Of a DNA stretch of 64,000 bases, positions 53,001 through 64,000 are shown one piece after another (the stretch's first letter is position 1; each line of letters starts with the position of its first letter). Source of the DNA: Lytechinus pictus (Eukaryota); contig NC_087245.1 in NCBI RefSeq assembly GCF_037042905.1, positions 21,018,001 to 21,082,000 of the forward strand, given 5' to 3'. The translations under genes and the position numbers were made by a program. The notes beneath the pieces are model-generated. The model had not been told where the DNA came from. It searched no databases and saw only the letters and a list, made by a program, of their open reading frames with translations.

Positions 53001-55421
53001 GACTAATAGGCGAGAATTTTATCTCATTAAAATAGAGGTCATTGAAATCATTATGTCATACCTTGTAAGTTTAATTTAATGTCTCATTAGCGACGGTAAG
53101 AGTGCTTGAGGAAAACTTGACTAGTCAGTCCAGCTGATAATTAACACTTATTAAAGTACAGTGCAGACAAAGTGAACCTTATAAAAATGCTTCAGATACT
53201 CTTCTTTTGTGGTACTCTAGATTGGCAAACATCTAACCATTTTTTAAAAACATACTGAACAGTAGCATTATTTTGTTCAAGGTTATTCTTCCAATTGTTC
53301 CTGATGACTATGATTTCAAGCTAATTATTGTCCCTCAGACTTTGAATATAATAGATGATATTTAAAAATATCAATCATATTACTACATGTATATATTCAT
53401 GTTTTAAGGTTAATACTTAAAGTAACCATGCCCTAGTAACTCAGGGTGTTAGTTATCAAATTATACTTTTTACTTTTTTATAGATTATACTTGATAATGA
53501 TGTAATCAATAGCAAATATCAGTCATATTATTAATAATTAGGATTTGTGTGATGGGGCTTGGCTAGATAATGTTCCTTCTGGAAATAGAGAGTGCTTCTT
53601 CCTATTCTAGTATAATCTAATTATATCATCATCATTGGAAACTCTTAATCCCCTGCAGCTGGTCCGAAGATTGAGATTTGGTAATACCACTTTATTAGAT
53701 AATGGGATTCGTCTATCATATTTATGTAGTGACACAGTTCTCAACATATCAAAGGCCCTCATATGTTAATTGCAACATAGGACATGGCTAGGAATAAAAA
53801 AGATTAGAATAGAAGAATCCTCTAATTTGGAGGTGTATGATGGAATATTGATGGATTGATCAATATAATTAATTCAAAGAACACTCACTGACAGGAAGTT
53901 GGATTGGTAAAAAATGAAAATGCTAATTAAACTGTTGTCATTTTCAGCTGTCGTGGTTCAATATGAGATTGTCAAATAGATTCGTTCTTTAAAGATTTAT
54001 TTTGTACAAGCTTTTCCAAATTCATCATGATAACATTTGCCTTATACTAGAGATAGGAAATATGACACATTTTTTAAATTGAAAGCAGAGGCTTAGAAAG
54101 TCCTGCTTTATTTTCATTGAAAGGATAATTAGCGATTATTTTGGCTGAGAAAATGTAATATTTTATTCTTCATATATACAAGGGGAAACATTCTTTCATT
54201 TGAGAGAATATCAGACCTTCAATCCATTTGACTAGAGGCCATTATAAATGTATGAAGCCATTTGCACGAGAATTACTGCATAGTATGTCGTCTAGAGCGA
54301 TGAGTATTACATCTTCAAGATGAATAGTACATGTATGGTGTTTTGACAGTTTCTTCTGAAACCGATGAAGGCTAATTTTTTACGAAGGCAGATGCGCTTT
54401 CAGGCTGTATCTTTGATTGATGGAAATTGCGAATATTGTTTTTTTGTAAAAGGGACTAGTGTTGCACATTGCAAGCGCCAGATCCTGTCTACTGTTTAAT
54501 TGTTGTTGTTTCAATAGCTTCGTATCTATCTAGCGGAAGTATCATTCTTGATGAAGATGGGAGCATTCATTATTAGTCCCGGTGCATAATAGACTAGATG
54601 AATTTTTAATAACCATCCTGTGGATGCAGATTTTTTGTATGTGAAAGGGGTCGAGTCTGGTCCTTGTTTACACACATGCCCCCTTCTCACATGTAACTCA
54701 TTACTGATTCCAAAATTAATGTGTACATTGCATTTCCAATATCCAGCTGTTGCTTGATGTATCAACCGTGAATCTATGATTATGTCGGGGATGAGCCACA
54801 TCGCGGATTCCTATTCCTAGCGGCGTCAAAATCTGTTCCCTTACCTCGCCTTCTAATGAGTTTCGAGGAATGCACGCCAGACTGAGTGCAATTACCAAAA
54901 TGGGCTAAGAAGATCCCCTGATGGAACAACGAATGTTGCCTGGCCTGGTTGATGAGTTTATTTTTCTTACACAATCTTCCTTTTCCAGGTCGTAATTTCT
55001 GCATTGATCAGAGGCATGATATCTAATGTGAGCTGGACTATCTGTGAAGAATTTGATGATTTTTTGTGTATTTTTTGTACTTCTTCCATGAGAAATGTGA
55101 TGTAATACCAGACAAAGAGGCACATAGTAGACTTTACATATAGGTTGAGTTTCGTATTCTCTTCCACTGTAATTGAAAAAATGTGCAAAGGTCATCGCAG
55201 TCGCCATGGAGATTTGAAGCACCAATAATGACTATGAGTTGTAATAATTAATGATGTCCATTAACTTTCGATAGCCTACGACCACAACCTATCGTCTGCA
55301 AGTGAAAATCACCTGAATCGTCTCGTTTTGTAAATTTGGAGAAACGTGTGAATTGGTCAACTCAAAGATTTGTTAAAATCGCTCTTTGATCAGGTCATTG
55401 GATTATTCTTACCCCTGAAAT

Positions 55422-55442
55422 ATGGATGGCATGAGCAAAATT
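55422..55442 (+). CDS. Possible very short first coding exon (MDGMSKI)
   Basis: Ends at consensus GTAAGT in phase 0 and marks the end of a ~1.1 kb CpG-containing block (about 54280-55440) before AT-rich sequence. Confidence 0.3.
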
Positions 55443-58289
55443 GTAAGTTACCTGAAAATATTATTGATTTATATTATTTAGTAAGCCATGCATAATGAAG
55501 CAAATTAGAGGTATAGAAAATTAAGAATTATAATTCAAAAGAAACTTCTCTTTGCTGTTACTTTAATTTACAATTTTCTAAGAGACCTATCTAGAATGCA
55601 AAATTTAAGGATACCTGCTCTTTATGGAACTATATTATGTATTAATGATTTTACAATCTACATAGTCTTGTAAAACATTGAAAATACTGTGTATTAAAAA
55701 AGAATTCAGTAATCTAGAATTTATATAAACAGTGGTAATCAACTGCTTTTTAAGATTAGGTACTTGATATTCAAAATCAAATGTTATGCTTTAAACATTA
55801 TGCAACATAGGAGAAGGCAATTCTATTCTGTGATATACCACATGATAAAAATGTGATCATATTGAAATGTCTTTCTGGTATAAAATTTGAATTTCTTCTT
55901 GAAGCGTGAATTTTTTATTGATCAACAAACAAGGCAGCGTAAAAAAGCTCTCAAATATAACCTAAGATTTAAGATTTTTTTAAAGCAGAATGTAACTTGA
56001 TACTCCATGTGATATTTTTTCACCTGTAAACAGGCCGAGCGGCTTCAAAAACAACCAAAGGTGAGAGAAATAGATTGTATTTACAGACAGAGAAGTGTTG
56101 GTTGCATGTTCATGAGTAAAGTTTTTGTCTTTAATTAAAAAAAACCACAAAGATACCTTTTCTTTCCTTTTGTATGTTAGGAATAGCCAAGGATACATTT
56201 AATTTAAATTGTTAATTGTGCATTATATCTTTGTCTTGGTTATCCAGGAAGTTAATTTGAGAGGTCTGCCTGAACTCTTGGATAACTTAAATTGTGGTGA
56301 AAATCTCTAGTGAGCTGTTCCCGGATGTGAATAAAAAATCTCTAACAGAAGATGATAAATTTATCAGGTCATTTAGGCTCTCAAACTATAAAACTGTCTC
56401 AGAGTGATGACTACAAAATGATTTTTATTCTTTCCCTATTCTTAACATTTAATCATGAGAAAAAAGGCCATCAAATGTATCAAACATACAGTGTAAACAT
56501 GTTTTTTTTTACATCTTTGGCATCTGAAATTTCCAGCATTAACTTATATACCACAGCTTAAGTTAAGTCTTTGCCAATGATAATTCAGAATAGCGGCATG
56601 TGGAAAGTGCACAGGCTAATCAAGAGTTCAGAATCTGAACAAGACGATATCAAATGACTGATCTCTTATTGTCAGTTTGATCAAATTTGATAGTAAAGTA
56701 GTGCTGTGATTTGGCATGTTGAGAGAAAGAGAGAGTGAGAAAGATGAGAGAGTGACAGACAGAAAGAGGAGGGATGTATTATGAACCGATAGAGACAGAG
56801 AGAAAATGAAATGATTATTATCAAACCGGAATGTGAGAACAGAGTATTAAGAGACATCAGTCTGAATACCTCACTGTATATTGACACTATAATCTTATAG
56901 ACACGACCACTTTTGGTGAAGTTATGTTAAGTGTCTTAAGCTCTCCTGAAATGAACTGTTCATAGATTTTTTTTATACCTTCCTCCTCTCACAGTGCCAC
57001 CACGATGCCCCTCCCATGTTAATATTTCATCCCCCCCCCCCTTCCCTCCCCTCTCTGCATAGCAAGGGTCAAGCCAAAATTGACTCTTCAGTAAGATTGA
57101 CTTGACATAAGTGCCTTCACACCCCTGTACGGCTGGTCACCCTGTCTCCTCACCTCTCCCGTGAACGGTCTCACAAAAATTGATTTTCACACCGTCAAAG
57201 GTCAGATTTGCCTACATCTTCTAGCGATTAACTATTGGCCATGAAGCAGGGGATGAAAGGGTGAAATTATCCCTCTTATGGGAAATTAAACCAATTAAGT
57301 CTGGAGAAGACAGACTACCATCTGCGATGGTTAAATTTTTCTCCACCACTCCCAGATAAAAAATATCGTGTAATGGATTATAATTGAGAGATTGAAAATG
57401 AATAAATGATTTTAAGAATAACATTTCATAGAGATGGAGCATGAATGAAATAAGGCACAATGAAAATAGAAATTGAAAATATAGAGGAAGGAAAAATTAA
57501 AGAACGAATTATTAGAAAGTTTATGAATCAATAATTGAATAGTGTTTATAGATACATCTACAAAAGACCAAGTGAATCGATCATTCATTTAATCATTCAA
57601 TAATTACAAACAAGCAAATAGGACACAAAAAAACCTGATAAGGTAACCTCATATATCAGTTTATAATTGAAATAGAAATATAACCTGTGCACTTCTTTAT
57701 TTGAAAGGTAAATGTACAAGATTCCTTACAATATCAAAAAGGACCGTTTGCATGTAACCATAGTATATTGCATTATCAGTACTGAATTTGTCTATATATG
57801 ACTTTACTTAATAACCATATATCCCATTAAATATTTAAAGTAGAAATACAAGCTGACCTTCTCTCTGCAATTAACCAGTAATCAAACCTTGATGCTTTGT
57901 TCCAGCTTGTCATACACAGTTCATTGTCAAGCTAACTTTTATGCAGTTTATATAAATGGGGTAAATTATAAACCTTGACATTTTAATAAAAATAGGAAAA
58001 ATGACAGGGCACCTGTAGAATCCAATAACGAAAGCTTCACAAAGGGACAGCAACAAAAGGCCATATAATGCTTGAGATCCGGAGAAGGTTTATGAATTGC
58101 GGTTGTCGTCGTCGCATGATTAAATTTTGTCCTGCTGGTTGTTGCCATCTGAAGTAGATATGAAAAGAGTGCTCATTAGTGAGCTTTTGTCCAGCTTAAT
58201 CCAATTAAAAACATTCTACCCAGAGCCCTCCCATTATTCATTACCCTTTATTGAGGCTTATCTTTATAATGCCTTTTCTATAACACTAT

Positions 58290-58410
58290 CACTTTCTCTC
58301 CCTCTCTCTCTCTGTTTTCAGTCTCTACCCCACCCTCTGTCTCTCTTTCTTTCTCTATCTTCTCTCTCTATTTTCTATTTTTCCCTTCTTTCTCTCCCCT
58401 CTCCCTCCCA
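58290..58410 (+). repeat. CT-rich low-complexity tract
   Basis: Pyrimidine-rich (CT)n-like run. Similar tracts at 5520-5670, 28810-29060 and 43060-43210; GA equivalents at 6150-6210, 23680-23800 and 61280-61440. Confidence 0.8.
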
Positions 58411-60513
58411 ATACAATCCCACTCTTAATTCCCCTGATAAAAGTTCAATATAACCTTGCATTATCCGGCTTACGTTAGACCAACTAAGGGAATGCAATGT
58501 GTGCATAGATCGCTATCAGCCATTGATCCGATCAATACCGGCATGTGTTTCAAGCTGAAAGATATCGACAGGTCCCGATCGGTGCAGGCTGTTAACACGT
58601 TGCTCCCATTCTGTCCCTTCTGCGTTTTGGCATATTAACAAGTGCTTTTTAATGCTGATGAAGGCAAGTGGAGAGAGCGAGAGAGGGTTGACGCTCGACT
58701 GGATGACAATAGATAAGGGAAATTGGTAGACAGATGGTGGTAGATGATGGTGGTATTGGTAGAAACATCCATTGATACCAGGATATTTACAGATCTGAGT
58801 AGCAGAGAGAGAAGTCATCACAACTGGTTATCAGGACCAAACCCATCACTGAAGCAGAAGAAGTCCATGAAAGAACACCCTAAGGTCATCTACAAACCTT
58901 GTCATATTCAAGAAGTTGCATACAGCCTTCGTCATCTCCTCAATCCACTAAATATTTTAAAGTCCATGCGACTGGTCAACAATGGGACTGAATAGGTTTA
59001 TTAAGTGCATTAGTATTGCTACACCATGAGAGTCTTGTAATGCTATTCTTTCATGATGAAACATTGACATGCCACCGTTGTTGTTGACAATGACGGGATG
59101 ATGATGCGACCCCTGGCAAGAGGGTATTGTTGAAGGCCTAAGACTTTAATCAGCTGATGGAACATGGCTTTTATTCTCTGAAACCTATCAACCTTGCATG
59201 AGATGCAATAATAATGCGGAGGGACAAAAATTGACTCTTACTTCAATAAAATGAACCAAACCCACGTCGTCGGTATGATGGATCATACGTCGATATGACT
59301 TTTTATTCAAAGTCATTTGCAACGCTTCCAATATCCCTGACAGGCTTTGTGAATCCTTGGGGTATGGAATATGATGGAGGTTCCAATAAAGACTGACATA
59401 TTGACTAGTAATTCCTTTTTGGCAACCTAGCACCAAATGTGCAAAAATATTGGATACAAAGACAATCTATCAACAACAAACATAGCCCTGTGTATAAATA
59501 GAAAAGTGTATTCAACTCTTTCAGTTTTCATCATGTGTTAAAGACAAGATTATGGATTTTTCATACCGTTACCCAGGAATATCCATGCATTGAAAATGCT
59601 GTGATCTGTGAAGTCACCAGCTTATATATAACTGGTGCCACACTGCCTCAACAGGTTTAGCGTGTCAAGTGGAATTTCATGCATTTAAGATGCACTTAAA
59701 AGGTCAGGAATAATTATATTGGTAATAGGACCAGGAAAAGAGTTTCATTTGCAATTTTCATTTGCAAAACGAGGAACAAAGTTTAGGGCGGACACCCATT
59801 CGGAAGTTTGACATTGCCGGTGGCGTATCAGTGCTAGCAACTGAACAGGATAGATCACCATCTTACTGAAGATCACAGGTCACAGTCGTACAATCTTAGA
59901 CATGCCTTTAAATAATGTCTTCAAAACCCTTTCATAGGGATTCTTGCTACATTCCAGAATTACCATGGATTAATGAATGGAAACAGGAGTTATATCTCTT
60001 CAGACTCATACACAGAGGCTTTGTTCATTTGGTTTTGCAGTATTTTCTTTTGAAGTCTCATCTAGACTGCTGGATTGTTTCGTCCAAATGATCATGTGAG
60101 CTTACATGGAAGATTTATACAGTTGAGCCACGATGATCTCTAATTTGTTTCTCTAAAGCTGTTGCTGTGAGATGGATGTTGTTTTGTAGGTGCTAAAAAA
60201 GATTGGTATGAATCCTCAGTGGACAAGTAAATTGAAGACATAACAGGAAAAGCTCTGAAAAATATTGTGGGAGAACACAACATCTATCAAAATATGACTA
60301 GAGTGTGAAGATCTATTATAAAACTGAGGATATAAAAGGAATAAATCAGATAATAACATACATAGCATGAATGTGCCGTTCTGATGACTTTTTGCAATTG
60401 TGAAAAAAGCCTGCCTTAGAACACGGGTGCTTCTAGAAAGCTTTCTAACAACCTTTATCTCAAGGCTCTTTGTCTTGTAATCATTTGGCACTTGAATATC
60501 TACCGGCTACAAG

Positions 60514-60642
60514 ATGCTTAGTGGAACCGTTGGATCCGCCGGGGGGCCGGGCAAGTCCCCTTCTAAAGGGGGCAAGAAGGTTTCCCTGCCCCAAAACCAG
60601 CAGGGCAACAAGCTAAATGGCCCTACGATGATCGAGCTAGAG
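60514..60642 (+). CDS. Candidate alternative first coding exon (43 aa, MLSGTVGSAGGPGKSPSKGGKKVSLPQNQQGNKLNGPTMIELE), phase-0 donor
   Basis: Sharp GC-rich island in AT-rich DNA, AAGATG start, 129 nt open, donor GAG|GTATCT followed by a T-rich intron-like tract. Confidence 0.65.
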
Positions 60643-63600
60643 GTATCTGTCTTTTGGTGCGGTTGGTGCCTGTGTTTGTGTTTTTTTTGTTTGTAGATCT
60701 CAACGTCACTTGAACCCAATCCTTTAAGGTATCTAACATATGAGACTTTTCTATTCAAGCAAGAGATTTATCCATCTTATATATTTGTTTTTATTGTGGC
60801 TATAATGAGGTATCAAATATTGTCCATTCCAATAAAGACTTTGTGGAATCCAGGTCGTGTTAAAATTTAAATAATTCTGAAAATCATTGTGAGATGCTAA
60901 AAATTACCATAGCACCTACAGAGAATGATTAATAAGCACAATCAGAAGTTTGAGGTAAAAAACAAAAATGGCATGTCTTTTTAAGGCAAGATTTTAGTAT
61001 TCGGTCAAGATGTACATGTATTGACCATATTTCCACATGTACACCCTGTTTCTTTGTTATACTTCTAGCATTGACATGCGGTATTAATAGTAGTGGATAG
61101 ATAGATGCAAAGACACTGAAGCCTCGAGGCAGCAATCATTTTTATCATTAAATTGATTGAATCATGGCCGGATTCTACCTCCGTCACAAATGGATGCCTT
61201 GTGGCACAGGTACAAATGGAGACAAATAAACAAAAATGGATATCATCAACGTCCTAATCACATCACAATGTAGAAAGGAGGTAGAATGAGAAAAGGGATG
61301 AGAGTACAAGAGAGTTGAAAAGAATGTGAGAGAGGAGGTATTAAAAGAGAAGAGGACCAGAGGGAGAAATAAGGCGGAAAATGATACGAGAATGCAGAAG
61401 GGAGAGTTGGTAAGTTAGAAATGGGAAATGGGAAGTAAAAGAGCAATGGTGGGGAGGGGTATCCTACTGATGTTACTTGAGTGTATGTGAACTAGTGTGG
61501 CCTGAAATTATTAAGAGAGATACATTGCAGCTTTGTTCACTATATGATTCCATTATTTATATTATTTATATGATATTTATATGATAGAGAGGAATAGAAC
61601 TTTGTTGAAGTTGACCCCTAAGAGTGTAGAAACATTGTAATACAAGATGAGACCGCAGAATCAATATAATCAAGAGCTGAGGTAGGTGGATCTGTATCCA
61701 TAATTAAAATATGTAAAGTCAATATCACATTTGATCCTCCAAGCTGCATCATAGAGTTGGCTCATGCATTAATTGCACATTCCAAAAGCTCCTGTATGAC
61801 GTACCATACAGTGCTAAAATCAATATACAGAAAAGTGTGAATAAAAAATTCTTAACATTGTGCAATGCTTCTCACCATGGAGATATCTATCCATAAACAG
61901 AAGAACACTTTTTTGGTTCTTGCAAATATGAACATATCAACTAATGCATGGCATAACTTTACGGATGGCAGCTCAATTTAACTAGCCTCCTCCCAAGTGG
62001 GAAAGATGATACAACCTTCGCAAATTACTTTGATCAAGTTATTCTGGAGGCCTTTATCCCAGCCAGCCCACCCCACCCCCAAGGGGGCAGGAGGAGCAAA
62101 CACCCTGTATGCAGTGATATGAATTTATGATGAAGTTTTCACTGAATAATGAAAAGATCCAATATGATCATGAGTGTTGTGTCTACTGTATGTAATTACC
62201 TAGACCATCCCCACGCTTTCGGGTTGGGACGGGCATCGTCATATTGCTTTTCCTTTTTGTACATGTCCCTTTTCTGTTTTCATAGATTTAGCATATCCTA
62301 TATGATACACTCAATCTGTACGATGGCTTTTTCTGCATTATTTATTCATTTTTTTGTGTAAATTGATTTTTTTTTGTTTCACTTACATTTCATCTTATTG
62401 TTTCAAATTGAAATATTCTGCCCTATTGCAGGAAAAATCTTTTCCCAAAAAAATTTGATAATTTTTTTATACATAATATGAAATTTTCCTTTGTTGAATT
62501 TTTACTACTTTTCACTGTCATTCATCATCAATAATACAAAAAAAATCCTTCCAATATCTAATGTAAACATTACTTGTGTCTGGTTAATTTTTTTCATATT
62601 AGGCCACATTAGTAGTATTTCCATGCATCATCGCTATCTTACTTTATAGAGGCTTAGAGAGGTTTAGGTAAAACACTAGGTTTAGACTTTGGATGGGTAT
62701 GCCATTGTGTGGTTAACAGTGGCTTACTTGCCTGAACAGAGAGGTGTCTATATCTGCATCAACCTTTCTCCTATGCGCCCCCCCCCCCCCTTCATCACCC
62801 CCCATCTTGTTCAATCTCAAGATGAATACAGCCCTTGCAAGCAGTAAGCATCATTATTGTCTCTTATTACATCCAACACAGTATAAACTTAATGAGCTCA
62901 TTAAACAAAATCATCTGGGGTTATTTGGGGGTTAACATGCAAAGAGTGCCTATCAACGGCTATGTGCTACCAGGTACACTGCTTTCCATTTTGCATCAGA
63001 ATCAGATTGATGTTCTGTTCAAAGTCATAGTAGATGCATAGAGTAGCCCACGAGTCTGACAGAACTTACACCAACAGTTAATATGACCAAATTTTTATCA
63101 GACCAACAAGATGTTGAAATAGATGGTAATAAAAAAATGAAATATACCCATAGACCATAATAGCTATTTACTTCTGCATGGAAGCTATTTCTTATGTGTG
63201 GTTTTTTTCCCGCTGAGATATAGTATTAATGATGAATTGTATAGAACGTCATGATTGCAATGATTCAAGATTGCTCTGAGTTTTCCATGTATAACCAATA
63301 TGAGACAGCTTGCTGCAATGGCTGGTAAAATCCTATAATATTTGATGTATATTATCAGAACTTGGAAATTCAAGTAGACCTGGGCATTTCTCTAGTGGGA
63401 ACAACTCTATGATAAGTCAGTTTCAGTCGATTTCATGTCATATCTCTTGAAAAAAAAAACTTAAAATTCACAACCATCACAACAATCATCTGTCTGTGTC
63501 TTAAGTAATCTTTATGTTACACCTCATTTCATTAAACTAAACCAAAACCTCATGTATTATTCAATACAGACATTGCTGACGTATTTGTAGTCCATTACTT

Positions 63601-64000
63601 AAGGGGCCCTTCTGTTAAAGTCTTGTTCTTGCACAGCAGGCTGTGAATTCAACACTACACATTGTAACCTTGTTAATTACAGAGGATCTTGTCTATAATA
63701 TATATAAAATAGTTTTTTTGGAAAATGTAAAAAGAAATATAGAGAATGTTTACAAATAAAGCTCTTACTGCATGCACTTCATATTACTTCGTATGTCAGT
63801 CATAAGCATGCAAATGAATTAATGGACATAAAGGGGCAGGGCAAGGAGATGAACATATACCCCTTGATCCCCCCTCCCTCCATTCTGCACAGTTGAGTAG
63901 TGATGGCAGACATACAGCTTCTCTTCATATTCAAAACCAATCTGAAATCTCACCCCACCAATCAATCCTTAGTCAACTTCGTAAATGCATCGCTGCAAAA

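Noticed and set aside
9562-60642. Naming the host gene (e.g. ankyrin- or PDE-like)
   Set aside because: No conserved domain exon in the window; any gene symbol would be a guess.

Overview
AT-rich animal genomic DNA. The repeat landscape (tRNA-derived SINEs, many MITEs, GA/CT tracts, long G/C runs) looks like an echinoid (sea urchin) genome; this is inference and was not searched. There is no long ORF and no recognisable conserved protein domain, and the only long ORFs in the track run through an assembly gap (N 25936-26283 and 26301-27012). The window reads best as the 5' intronic region of one large plus-strand gene. Several short ATG-initiated reading frames with coding-like composition end at a GT splice donor in phase 0 (best: 9562-9741, 22666-22746, 60514-60642; weaker: 14076-14147, 44810-44884, 55422-55442, 19129-19155, 21975-22040). 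This suggests an array of alternative promoters/first exons giving different N-termini to a common downstream exon outside the window. Also present: a candidate in-frame 30-nt cassette microexon (48967-48996), a candidate recursive splice site (AG|GTAAGT at 158/159), several RFX X-box motifs, at least ten non-autonomous TIR elements (PIF/Harbinger-, Tc1/mariner-, piggyBac- and hAT-like, plus one with nested inverted repeats) and four SINE copies from two families. The gene cannot be named from this window.
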